In this document: positions 1-8,841 of the stretch, one piece after another
How positions within the stretch are numbered: the first letter of the stretch is position 1
How the letters are laid out: each line of letters opens with the position of its first letter
Position numbers and translations under genes: made by a program
Source: a virus
Virus record (IMG/VR): IMGVR_UViG_3300044615_000294
Location: 27,342-91,341 of that record
Strand: one strand, 5' to 3'
DNA length: 64,000 bases
The notes under the pieces: generated by a model
Databases searched by the model: none
The model's input: the letters and a program-made list of their open reading frames with translations, nothing else
What the model was told of the DNA's origin: nothing

Positions 1-2
1 TA

Positions 3-1088
3 ATGGAGAGACAGGAAATACAAGATGAAGCTTTAAAGGCTACTGAGGGTAAACAGAAATGCACTATTGTACTTGGTACAGGTGTAGGTAAAACTCTTGT
101 AGGCTTAAAGCATATGGAGAAACATTATTCCCCATTGCAAAGTATTCTGATTGTTGCTCCCAAACTGTCTATCATTAGCTCATGGAGATATGAGGCTGAG
201 AAATTTGGATTAAGTAACGTATTAGAAAATGCTACTTTCTCTACTTATCTTAGCTTAAATAAACATAACCCTAATGACTTTGATGCAGTTTATTTTGATG
301 AAGTGCATAGTTTATTAGATAGTCATAGACCATTTCTAAATAGTTTTACAGGGAGAGTGCTGGGTTTAACCGGCACTCCACCTAAACATAAAAACTCTGA
401 GAAAGGTAGAATAGTATCTGAATATTGTCCAGTTGTCTTTACATTTAAGGCAGATGATGCAATAGAATCAGGTATTATTAATGATTATCAGATAATTGTG
501 CATGAAGTTGATATAAGTACAGAAAAGAACTATAAAGTAGAGACAAAGAATAAATCATTTATGACTTCTGAAGCTCTAAATTATACTTATTGGGGTACAA
601 GGATTGATACATCAGCGGGGCAAACTCACATACTTAGAGTAATGAGAATGAAAGCTATGATGGAGTATCCAAGTAAAGAAAGATATGCTAGAGAACTATT
701 AAAGAGTATTAATAGTAAGTGTATTGTATTTGCTAATACTCAAGATCAAGCAGATAGAATGTGTACACATAGTTATCATAGTAATAACCCTGATTCTGAA
801 ACAAATTTGCAGGATTTTAAGGCTGGTAATATTACAAAGCTCTCATGTGTATTGCAATTAAATGAGGGTGTAAATATTCCAGGATTAAAACAGGGAATTA
901 TTATGCATGCATATGGGAATGAGCGTAAGGCTAGTCAGAGAATAGGAAGACTTTTGCGCTTAAACCCAAATGATAAAGCTATTGTGCACATACTATGTTA
1001 TATAGGAACTGTAGATGAAAAGTGGGTTAAAGAAGCTTTGGAAGATTTTGATCAAAGCAAGATTGTGTGGCGGAAGTATAATCTATAA
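3..1088 (+). CDS. Superfamily 2 (DEXH) helicase
   Basis: Walker A GTGVGKT, DEVH, LTGT, motif VI QRIGRLLR. Confidence 0.9.
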   Translation: MERQEIQDEALKATEGKQKCTIVLGTGVGKTLVGLKHMEKHYSPLQSILIVAPKLSIISSWRYEAEKFGLSNVLENATFSTYLSLNKHNPNDFDAVYFDEVHSLLDSHRPFLNSFTGRVLGLTGTPPKHKNSEKGRIVSEYCPVVFTFKADDAIESGIINDYQIIVHEVDISTEKNYKVETKNKSFMTSEALNYTYWGTRIDTSAGQTHILRVMRMKAMMEYPSKERYARELLKSINSKCIVFANTQDQADRMCTHSYHSNNPDSETNLQDFKAGNITKLSCVLQLNEGVNIPGLKQGIIMHAYGNERKASQRIGRLLRLNPNDKAIVHILCYIGTVDEKWVKEALEDFDQSKIVWRKYNL

Positions 1089-1103
1089 TTAGTATATTAT
1101 TAT

Positions 1104-1358
1104 ATGGAAGAAAGTGTAACACATAAGATTATTCTGCATAATGATGACAAGAACACATTTGCATATGTAATGGCTTGTCTTATAAGATTTTGTGAACACC
1201 ATCCTACACAGGCAGAGCAGTGTGCTTTGCTTGTGCATGAGATGGGAAAGTGTACAGTAAAGTATGGAGATTTTCTTACTATGTTGGAAATTTCACAAAG
1301 TCTGCGTAATTTAGATCTCAAAACAACAGTAGAGGAAAATGCGGGCAATATGTATTGA
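1104..1358 (+). CDS. clpS: ClpS-like N-degron adaptor
   Basis: ILHNDDKNTFAYV...QAEQCALLVHEMGKCTVK matches Bacteroidota-type ClpS. Confidence 0.85.
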   Translation: MEESVTHKIILHNDDKNTFAYVMACLIRFCEHHPTQAEQCALLVHEMGKCTVKYGDFLTMLEISQSLRNLDLKTTVEENAGNMY

Positions 1359-1614
1359 TGCTTCAAATAAACCAAGCAAGGTACCTGATAATGAGTGGGT
1401 TATAGAGGGTGAAGTATATACTATCACAAGAGTGGTAAGAATGGGATTACAGGATAACAAGTTTGGCGTACTTCTTAAAGAAGTTAAACTATCATCAAAC
1501 TCTTTTCCATATGAACTCTATGATGCAGAAAGATTCTTACCTATGGATTTATTATCACAGGCATTTGAAGAAACAAAAGAAACAGTTAAAGAAGCTGACT
1601 TAGAACTAATTTAA
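1339..1614 (+). CDS. Hypothetical protein
   Basis: 91-aa ORF overlapping the previous gene in a tightly packed operon. Confidence 0.7.
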   Translation: MRAICIDASNKPSKVPDNEWVIEGEVYTITRVVRMGLQDNKFGVLLKEVKLSSNSFPYELYDAERFLPMDLLSQAFEETKETVKEADLELI

Positions 1615-1619
1615 ATTTT

Positions 1620-2108
1620 ATGGGAGATGATGTGTTGGCACTTTATAAAGTTGCGAATAAAGATATTGTAGATATCATTGAGGAGTTTAATCTTACATCT
1701 ACTACAAGGGAAAGAGGGACAGTATATAAAAGATACTATCTATATGATGTTTTAACAAAGAGAAGACATCTTACAACTGGTATGACTGGTAAGTTTTTTG
1801 GAAAAGATCATTCATCTGTTATTCATGGAATTAAACAACATGAGTTTTGGTGGAAGGTAAAGGACAAAGGATATATTTCTCAAGTAAATACAATACATGA
1901 AGCATTAAAGAATGAAGTTATTCATGATGGCAAGTATGGTATTGAAATAAAACATCTTGGTGAAGAGGAAACCAAAGTTATCATTACTGGCAACTTTGAT
2001 TGGAGAGTATTGGAAAAACTTCCAAGTAGATTAACAAAAGAAGAATTAATTAAAATGTTTAAGGAACATGGGAAGAATGAAAGAAGCATTCATTCAAATA
2101 ATGAATGA
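1620..2108 (+). CDS. DnaA domain IV-like HTH protein
   Basis: TGKFFGKDHSSVIHGIK resembles the DnaA C-terminal IG..FG.RDHSTV.H signature; no AAA domain. Confidence 0.6.
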   Translation: MGDDVLALYKVANKDIVDIIEEFNLTSTTRERGTVYKRYYLYDVLTKRRHLTTGMTGKFFGKDHSSVIHGIKQHEFWWKVKDKGYISQVNTIHEALKNEVIHDGKYGIEIKHLGEEETKVIITGNFDWRVLEKLPSRLTKEELIKMFKEHGKNERSIHSNNE

Positions 2109-2289
2109 TAATAATGGTATACCAGAGGATATGACTCTGGCTGATTTCTTGAAAATGAAAGAATTAAATATCTATAATTGGCAAGAGTATGAAAGAGCGC
2201 AAGAAAGAACCAGATTACAATCTAATAAACAAACAGATCTGGGAGAGACTGCAAAAGATTCTGAAGGAAAGTCCCTCAGAAGAAAGTAA
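2068..2289 (+). CDS. Hypothetical protein
   Basis: 73-aa ORF in operon context. Confidence 0.6.
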   Translation: MGRMKEAFIQIMNDNNGIPEDMTLADFLKMKELNIYNWQEYERAQERTRLQSNKQTDLGETAKDSEGKSLRRK

Positions 2290-2310
2290 AACAATTAAAA
2301 AACCAAAAAA

Positions 2311-2757
2311 ATGAAAAGTTTATTATTAAGTTTATCTTTAGTGTTAGTTAGTGTTTGTTATTCACAAACAAAAGTTGTTACCAAGGAAAAAGAATATCTT
2401 GAATTACAAACACTAAAATATGAAATTTATTACGGCAGTACCAATACAAAGTATTATACATATACTTTTATGTCTGGATATGAATACCCAACTATACGGG
2501 AGGGTTATTACAGTTATGGTATTTTTACAAGATTGAGTGATTTAACTAAATTTTACACTGAGCTTTCTAACTTAGAAACTCAAGAAGATGGTTTATATAA
2601 GTTATCTCTAGTAGTATCAGGATTGGGTAATATTTATGCAGATAAATCATCTGAAAGAATTACATTGCATAGTGAAAATAAAATCTTGAAATACAAAACA
2701 TTCACAATGAGTGATATAAAAGAAGATTTAGAATTATTAAGTTCAATGCAAGAATAA
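2311..2757 (+). CDS. Hypothetical exported protein
   Basis: N-terminal signal peptide MKSLLLSLSLVLVSVCYSQ; A-rich leader. Confidence 0.7.
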   Translation: MKSLLLSLSLVLVSVCYSQTKVVTKEKEYLELQTLKYEIYYGSTNTKYYTYTFMSGYEYPTIREGYYSYGIFTRLSDLTKFYTELSNLETQEDGLYKLSLVVSGLGNIYADKSSERITLHSENKILKYKTFTMSDIKEDLELLSSMQE

Positions 2758-2759
2758 TT

Positions 2760-2954
2760 GTGAAACACTTTGTTAAATATCTTATGGTATGGATAAGCCA
2801 AAACTTGTCCATACCTTTTTGGATGGTAGGGCATATACATTTATCCGTGAATGTATATGCTGACATCCATGAGATATTAATGTCTTTAGGTATGAACATC
2901 ATAGTAGCTATAGGATTTACTATAGATTACTTAGAACAGAGAAAACAGAAATGA
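2760..2954 (+). CDS. Small membrane protein
   Basis: GTG start, two hydrophobic segments, ATGA overlap with next gene. Confidence 0.6.
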   Translation: MKHFVKYLMVWISQNLSIPFWMVGHIHLSVNVYADIHEILMSLGMNIIVAIGFTIDYLEQRKQK

Positions 2955-3313
2955 AAACAATTTTATTATTAGTAATGCTATTTAGTTTTGCTGATCCAAT
3001 CCCAACTGTTATTAAGGGTACGGTCAGCTATTATGGACAACATTGGACAGGTAGGAAAACAGCATCAGGAGAAACATTTTATGCAGATAGTTTAACATGT
3101 GCACACAAGACTTACAAGTTTGGAACTTTATTAAAGGTGACAAACCTAAAGAATGATTCAGTAATATTTGTAAAGGTTAATGATAGACTACCAAAGTCAT
3201 CACACTTTATTGCAGATTTAAGTTATGGATGTGCCAAGAAATTAAATTTTGTAAAGTCTGGAATAATATCTGTAACTTTAGAGATTGTTGATACAGTCAA
3301 AATAAACAAATGA
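2951..3313 (+). CDS. rlpA: RlpA-like double-psi beta-barrel protein (lytic transglycosylase family)
   Basis: SYYG..W.GRKTASGE, TCAHKTYKFGT.LKVTN, VKVNDR, DLS motifs; signal peptide. Confidence 0.85.
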   Translation: MKTILLLVMLFSFADPIPTVIKGTVSYYGQHWTGRKTASGETFYADSLTCAHKTYKFGTLLKVTNLKNDSVIFVKVNDRLPKSSHFIADLSYGCAKKLNFVKSGIISVTLEIVDTVKINK

Positions 3314-3546
3314 TTATGAGTGATATGACAATGTGCCATGGGTTTGATTGCCCGGTAAAAGAAAAATGTAAAAGATTCAGTTCTATACCTAATGAGCATT
3401 GGCAGGCATACTTCCTAAATCCACCATATACTATTACAGATAAGGTATTTGAATGTAATATGTTCTGGGGAGATACACAAGATGCTATTATGAAACAGCT
3501 AATGGGTATAGTTACTGGTAAAGATGGAGAAGAATTACCTGAATAA
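3310..3546 (+). CDS. Small Cys-containing hypothetical protein
   Basis: DMTMCHGFDCPVKEKCKRF pattern. Confidence 0.7.
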   Translation: MIMSDMTMCHGFDCPVKEKCKRFSSIPNEHWQAYFLNPPYTITDKVFECNMFWGDTQDAIMKQLMGIVTGKDGEELPE

Positions 3547-3550
3547 TATC

Positions 3551-3640
3551 AGGTTATAGGCTTATAAACTTAAAAAACTTGACAAATTTTAAGTCTATAA
3601 ACTTTTTATTTTGTCGCAAATATGGGAGATACTTGCGACA
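3551..3640. other. Two tandem intergenic inverted repeats
   Basis: TTATAGGCTTA(3554-3564)/TAAGTCTATAA(3590-3600) and TGTCGCAA(3612-3619)/TTGCGACA(3633-3640). Confidence 0.55.
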
Positions 3641-3674
3641 TAATTAATTGAGAAACCTTTAAACAACAAGACAT

Positions 3675-3923
3675 ATGAAAAAACAAACAGCAGTAGAGTG
3701 GTTAAGACGAGAAACTATACAATTACTTGCTCAAGCTATGCAAGGAACATTAAATATAGATACACTTAAAGGTGATGTTTATAGAATAGTAACTCAAGCC
3801 AAAGAAATGGAGAAAGAGCAAATTGTAAATGCTTATAACGATTGTGAATGGACTGGGGACCATGAAGATGGAGAACAATACTACAATGAAACCTTTAACA
3901 AATCAATTAATAATAAGGGGTAA
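3675..3923 (+). CDS. Hypothetical phage protein (KQTAVEWL type)
   Basis: MKKQTAVEWL...AKEMEKEQI...EQYYNETF, a small-protein pattern I recall from Bacteroidota phages. Confidence 0.75.
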   Translation: MKKQTAVEWLRRETIQLLAQAMQGTLNIDTLKGDVYRIVTQAKEMEKEQIVNAYNDCEWTGDHEDGEQYYNETFNKSINNKG

Positions 3924-3953
3924 AAGTTGCCCCATTAATAAAATAGAAATGAT

Positions 3954-4175
3954 ATGAAAGCAAAATTAACATTCAATCTACCGGAAGATCAAGCAGAATT
4001 TGATTTTGCTACACAAGGTAGTAATATGTACTCAGCATTATGGGATATATCTCAAGAGCTGAGAACACTATGGAAGTATGAAGAACTTAAGCAAGAAGAA
4101 TGGGATATGGTAGAAAGAATCCGGAATAAGTTTTTTGAGATACTAGATGATAACCAGATAAAATTAGATAAGTAA
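3954..4175 (+). CDS. Hypothetical phage protein
   Basis: MKAKLTFNLPEDQ N-terminus; operon context. Confidence 0.75.
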   Translation: MKAKLTFNLPEDQAEFDFATQGSNMYSALWDISQELRTLWKYEELKQEEWDMVERIRNKFFEILDDNQIKLDK

Positions 4176-4193
4176 CTAAATAAACCAACACAT

Positions 4194-4412
4194 ATGATTA
4201 TTTTAAGGAAAGGAGAGGACAAGCAGGGTTACAGAGTATTAATGGTAAAACTTACACCAATGTCAGAGACAAGATTCTCTGTACAGAAGAAAGTTAAATT
4301 CTTATGGTTCTTTACTAGATGGGAAGATGTGTTAGATAAACACGGAATGCCCAAGATATTTGATTCCAATAAGAATGCATCAGCTTTTATTAACTTTCAG
4401 AAACGTTGGTAG
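4194..4412 (+). CDS. Hypothetical protein
   Basis: 72-aa ORF with A-rich leader. Confidence 0.6.
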   Translation: MIILRKGEDKQGYRVLMVKLTPMSETRFSVQKKVKFLWFFTRWEDVLDKHGMPKIFDSNKNASAFINFQKRW

Positions 4413-5269
4413 AGAAAGTTACTAGAAAAACTATGAAGATTAGACCAAGCGGGAGGAGCACTGATTTCATTGCTCCTTCTTTTGGTCATGGCTGTTTGTA
4501 TAACTGTTCTTACTGTTATATGAAGAGACATAAGCCGGAAGGATTATCTATAGCAACAAATCCTATGGATATTCTGACAGCAATTAACAATCATGTTTGG
4601 TTTGCTGATGTTGAGAAGCCTAATCAAACAGGAGAATATATTACTTATGACATCTCATGCAATGAAGACTTTGCTTTACATGCTAAGTATCATGACTGGG
4701 AAAGAATATTTGAGTATTTTAGAGATCATCCACTTGCTATGGGTTCATTTGCTACTAAGTATGTGAATAAAGAATTTCTTAAGTTTAATCCACAAGGTAA
4801 GATTAGAATAAGGTTTAGTCTTATGCCTGAGCATTTAAGACAAATCTTAGAACCTAATACTTCAACTATACCAGAAAGAATTAAGGCTGTTAAAAAATTT
4901 CAAGATGCTGGTTACGATGTTCATTTAAATTTTAGTCCGGTTATAGTAGAAAAAGATTGGTTGTTTTACTATGGATTTTTATTTAAAGAAATTGCAATTG
5001 CTGCTAAAGATATATTTAAGTGGAATGAAGGTGTCAAAGCAGAAGTAATATTTCTTACACATAATGCAAAAAAACATGAGTATAATTTGGAACATAAAAT
5101 TCCTGGCGAGGACCTTATTTGGAAGCCAGAAATCCAAGAAACCAAAATATCCCAGTATGGAGGAGAGAACATTAGATATGTATCATCAGACAAATCCAGA
5201 TATATTGAAGAATTTAGAAAACTTCATGCTGATATTATACCCTGGAACACCATTAGGTATATTTTCTAA
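4406..5269 (+). CDS. splB: Spore photoproduct lyase-like radical SAM protein
   Basis: CxxxCxxC (GCLYNCSYCY), F-A-TK, RIRFSL, HLNFSPVI; TTG start (alternative ATG 4433). Confidence 0.8.
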   Translation: MVEKVTRKTMKIRPSGRSTDFIAPSFGHGCLYNCSYCYMKRHKPEGLSIATNPMDILTAINNHVWFADVEKPNQTGEYITYDISCNEDFALHAKYHDWERIFEYFRDHPLAMGSFATKYVNKEFLKFNPQGKIRIRFSLMPEHLRQILEPNTSTIPERIKAVKKFQDAGYDVHLNFSPVIVEKDWLFYYGFLFKEIAIAAKDIFKWNEGVKAEVIFLTHNAKKHEYNLEHKIPGEDLIWKPEIQETKISQYGGENIRYVSSDKSRYIEEFRKLHADIIPWNTIRYIF

Positions 5270-5279
5270 ACTAAAATTT

Positions 5280-5687
5280 ATGAGAGATACAAAAGAAATG
5301 CTAAAACTTGTGGCAGCAATTGCCGAAGAACATTATAATATTACTGATGGTGCAGATGGTAATCTGAACTACCTATGGTATATGTACCATAAAGGGTCTA
5401 AGAAGGATGAGTTCCGCCCTTTTGTATATATGGCCGAGTTAATGTTACTTAATAAGTATAATTATCTAAATGATGCTGAGATAAGAAACATCATAAGCAT
5501 GATGAAATCAGAAGATGGAGACAATCTTGCTATAGTAACATTAAGCATACAGAATCTAAGAGATTTAAGAATCAAAGAACACGGGATATATTCTAAAGAG
5601 AATGAAGTATACAAAGATTTAAAATATACATATGCTTTTGAAATTTTGAATCATACTGTGTTTATGCAAACAATGGCAGAAAAATAA
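5280..5687 (+). CDS. Hypothetical protein
   Basis: Start moved from 5064 to ATG 5280, just after the SPL stop; contains MMKSEDGDN motif. Confidence 0.7.
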   Translation: MRDTKEMLKLVAAIAEEHYNITDGADGNLNYLWYMYHKGSKKDEFRPFVYMAELMLLNKYNYLNDAEIRNIISMMKSEDGDNLAIVTLSIQNLRDLRIKEHGIYSKENEVYKDLKYTYAFEILNHTVFMQTMAEK

Positions 5688-5692
5688 ATAGA

Positions 5693-5869
5693 ATGGCAAA
5701 TTTAAAAAAAGAGTATGTCATCAGGGAGATGAGACTTAAGAACAAAAATATAGCTGACATGGTTCCAAGAGTAATTGAGGACTATGTTAAAACTAAATAT
5801 AAGTGTTCAACTTATTTGGCCAAACAAATTTCTAAAGAATTAACAAATGACGGAACAAGAACTAGTTGA
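5693..5869 (+). CDS. Small hypothetical protein (58 aa, not in ORF track)
   Basis: Manually translated MANLKKEYVIREMRLK...GTRTS*; fills the gap between flanking genes. Confidence 0.6.
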   Translation: MANLKKEYVIREMRLKNKNIADMVPRVIEDYVKTKYKCSTYLAKQISKELTNDGTRTS

Positions 5870-6110
5870 CTTTGGCTTTGATAAAGTAGAAGTCACAGAT
5901 AATGAAAGCCAGAACGGCTATGATTATTATTATTATATATTAGATTTATTACCAGGTCTAAGTTTAATTTCATCAGCAAGTGATGAAAGCCTAGATGGTG
6001 AATGGAAGGTATATAACTTTGATTGGGATACTAAATCAGAATTAGCTAAACCTGCTATAGAGCATCTGATCCAGGTTGCAGTCCATCAAGGGTATCAACG
6101 TCATCAGTAA
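5847..6110 (+). CDS. Hypothetical protein
   Basis: 87-aa ORF. Confidence 0.65.
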   Translation: MTEQELVDFGFDKVEVTDNESQNGYDYYYYILDLLPGLSLISSASDESLDGEWKVYNFDWDTKSELAKPAIEHLIQVAVHQGYQRHQ

Positions 6111-6366
6111 TTTTAGATAGCTGTGCTTTTTCTGCTAGGATGTTAAACATTATCATAGCAGCAGCAGACTTATAACAATCATCTATTTCAGTTTGAACTA
6201 TATCCATAGGAACGGGAGTTGTTAAAACTTCTCCTGTTCTTAAATGGATTCTAGTACCTGCATCAGTATTCCTTACATTAACAAATGAGGTTCTGGTAAT
6301 GTGAGTTATATTGAGATGCTCAATATACTCTCCATCTTTGTCTTTTAGTACTATTGGTAGGAACAT
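6055..6366 (-). CDS. Hypothetical protein
   Basis: Coupled to the upstream phosphoesterase by a stop/start overlap. Confidence 0.7.
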   Translation of the reverse strand: MFLPIVLKDKDGEYIEHLNITHITRTSFVNVRNTDAGTRIHLRTGEVLTTPVPMDIVQTEIDDCYKSAAAMIMFNILAEKAQLSKITDDVDTLDGLQPGSDAL

Positions 6367-7391
6367 TAGATAATTGTGTTGTCTTCTATTTTGTAATTAT
6401 TTACGGACACTAAATTATCAATTTTTGTTAGAATAGCAAACCCATGGTTCCATTCATTTATTTCCATGTAATCTGGTGCTAGTTCACATAGACATCCAAG
6501 ACTGTATGCTCTTATTGTACTAGACTCACCAGTTCCATAAACTCTTTGTGAGCTTTGAGAACTTTTATGAAAGTGATTTACAATACAATTGGTTTTAAGT
6601 CTCATTAAAGCAGTTCTTGCTGGTACTACACCACCTGCTCCAGGAATCTTATCACCATGCTCTATAAGGAAGTCACCAAAGATAACTTTGGTTCTGAATG
6701 GAAGATACTCTATTTTGTATTCAGCAACATGTAAGATTACATCTAACCTGAATTCATCCATGTCAAGTAACTCAGATGCTTTTATTCTAAGATATCTTTC
6801 AAACCTGTTCTCATGGTTACCTGGTATAAAGTAAATGGGAATGTCTGGGAATCTAGAGCGAATATATTCAAAGAACTGTTTACCGGCTTCTATTTCATTT
6901 TTAAAGTGAACCTTTCTAGGATCTTTCTCATGGAAAGAAAGCTGATAGAAGTCTAATAAGTCTCCATTGATTAAGATGCTGTCCACGCCTTCTGCTTCCA
7001 TTTTATCACAAGCAGTTTCTATAGCATCTTCATCATGGTATGGTATATGGAGATCACCAATAACACCAAGTTTTCTACATCCTGTAGGGAATGTAAATGT
7101 TCCTCTTTTTTCTGATAAGGATGTAGGTAGGGATACAAAATTTTGCATTACTTTTGTTTTAAGTTCTTTTTGAAACTCTTTATTGTTTAAATGTTTTCTG
7201 TGATAATTTCCCATTTGACCTCTATAGTATCTTACTCTACTGTATACATTTTCAAAGGCTATAAAGTAAGCTTCATTTTCAGAATAGATTTTTTTTGCTA
7301 GAGTTTTACTTGGTGATTTAGGAAATTTTTCAAGATATTCTAAAATAATTTTAGTTGTCTCTTTAGCATTGTTGGATAATTTGTTTTCCAT
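6366..7391 (-). CDS. Calcineurin-like metallophosphoesterase with N-terminal extension
   Basis: GDLH, GDLLD, GNHE, HGD, HFH motifs. Confidence 0.85.
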   Translation of the reverse strand: MENKLSNNAKETTKIILEYLEKFPKSPSKTLAKKIYSENEAYFIAFENVYSRVRYYRGQMGNYHRKHLNNKEFQKELKTKVMQNFVSLPTSLSEKRGTFTFPTGCRKLGVIGDLHIPYHDEDAIETACDKMEAEGVDSILINGDLLDFYQLSFHEKDPRKVHFKNEIEAGKQFFEYIRSRFPDIPIYFIPGNHENRFERYLRIKASELLDMDEFRLDVILHVAEYKIEYLPFRTKVIFGDFLIEHGDKIPGAGGVVPARTALMRLKTNCIVNHFHKSSQSSQRVYGTGESSTIRAYSLGCLCELAPDYMEINEWNHGFAILTKIDNLVSVNNYKIEDNTII

Positions 7392-7422
7392 AAGTACATT
7401 ATAATATACAAAAAATAATCAT

Positions 7423-7797
7423 ATGTTTAGTTTCAAACTTACAAAGAAGAATGGAAATTTAGTGCATATTAATGAAAGCACAAAGATTTCTTATCAATTA
7501 TTTCTTGATAAACTTCAAGAGGGTCAGGAAGTTGAGGTCTTTATGGGACTGACTTCAGACAATGGTAGCTTAGCACAACTAGCTAAGATACATGCATGCA
7601 TTAGAGAATTAGCCAAAGAATCAGGCTATACATTTGATGAGATGAAATTTATAGTTAAAAAGCATTCAGGCCTCTGTTATGATGGAGGTGGTGCAGAATA
7701 CTGTAAATCTTTTAAAGAATGTAGTAAAGATGAATTAGCAATGGCAATAGAATCTGCTATTGAAATTGGAAGAGATTTAAATATTAATCTTGCTTAA
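7423..7797 (+). CDS. NinB-like recombination protein (tentative)
   Basis: S.AQ...IHA.IRELA...G....MK ... KSF..CSKDEL...IE pattern. Confidence 0.45.
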   Translation: MFSFKLTKKNGNLVHINESTKISYQLFLDKLQEGQEVEVFMGLTSDNGSLAQLAKIHACIRELAKESGYTFDEMKFIVKKHSGLCYDGGGAEYCKSFKECSKDELAMAIESAIEIGRDLNINLA

Positions 7798-8095
7798 CAG
7801 CAGACTTAATTACGTCATCTATATCTTTTTCTTCAAATTGATTTGTTTTATCAGCTTGAGCTTCTATTTCAGCTAATAAAAGAAAAATAGTTTTAAATGC
7901 AAACTCTTGTTCTGTATGTGGATCATTATCTGAATTTTTATCTGTTACTTTTTTGATAAGTTCAGTAATTTTTTCATTATCAAGCTCTTGCTTAAAAATG
8001 TACATCAGAGTTTTCTTTAACATTAGATAAAACACTTTATTGATTTTGATTTCAATAATTGCATTATCTTTTATTTCTTTAACCTTTTCACCCAT
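7784..8095 (-). CDS. Hypothetical protein
   Basis: 103-aa ORF; TAAATTTG (-7-like box) upstream on the minus strand at 8112-8119. Confidence 0.65.
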   Translation of the reverse strand: MGEKVKEIKDNAIIEIKINKVFYLMLKKTLMYIFKQELDNEKITELIKKVTDKNSDNDPHTEQEFAFKTIFLLLAEIEAQADKTNQFEEKDIDDVIKSAVKQD

Positions 8096-8126
8096 AGTAT
8101 TAATCTTTTAACAAATTTAATAAAAA

Positions 8127-8840
8127 ATGAAGATAGAATTAGAAATTGATAGTTTTAAACAAAAAATATTTGAAAAACTACAACCAAGTGGTTGGGGTAC
8201 TGTGTTTAAATCTTATATATTTAGTAGTGATTTTGAAGAGTTACTTACTAGATTATATAAAATGTCAAGCAGTGGAGAAAGATTCACTCCAGGATTGAAA
8301 GATGTGTTTAGAGCATTTGAAGAATGTCCTTATGATGAATTAAAGCTAGTAGTTGTGGGTCAAGATCCATATCCTACATTAGGTGTGGCAGATGGTATTG
8401 CATTTAGTTGTAGTAAGACAAATGCATTGCAGCCTAGTCTACGGTATATGCTTGATGAGATTAATAGAACTATCTATAATGGTGAACAGCTATCTACAGA
8501 TGTTGATTTAACCAGATGGTCAAACCAGGGTATACTAATGCTTAATACATCTCTCACAACTGAAGTGGGTAAAATAGGAAAGCACTATCATGTATGGGAA
8601 GGATTTGTTGGATTTTTATTTGACCATCTTAATCATAATAAAAAAGAACTTACATATCTTTACCTGGGTAAAAAAGCACAAGAGTGGGCAGAATATGTTG
8701 GAGATAATAACCACAAAGTATTTGCAAGCCATCCAGCAAGTGCAGCTTACAACAAACAGAGAGAGTGGAATTCAGATAATGCATTCTTAAAGGTGCAACA
8801 TCTAGTTGCAGAAACAACAGGATATAATATTAATTGGTAG
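8127..8840 (+). CDS. ung: Uracil-DNA glycosylase (family 1)
   Basis: GQDPY, GIAFS, QPSL, QGILMLN, SHPAS motifs. Confidence 0.92.
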   Translation: MKIELEIDSFKQKIFEKLQPSGWGTVFKSYIFSSDFEELLTRLYKMSSSGERFTPGLKDVFRAFEECPYDELKLVVVGQDPYPTLGVADGIAFSCSKTNALQPSLRYMLDEINRTIYNGEQLSTDVDLTRWSNQGILMLNTSLTTEVGKIGKHYHVWEGFVGFLFDHLNHNKKELTYLYLGKKAQEWAEYVGDNNHKVFASHPASAAYNKQREWNSDNAFLKVQHLVAETTGYNINW

Positions 8841-8841
8841 T

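Noticed and set aside
5064-5279. N-terminal extension of the 207-aa ORF
   Set aside because: Overlaps the SPL gene by about 200 bp; ATG 5280 is the more plausible start (similar corrections made at 8842 and 18014)
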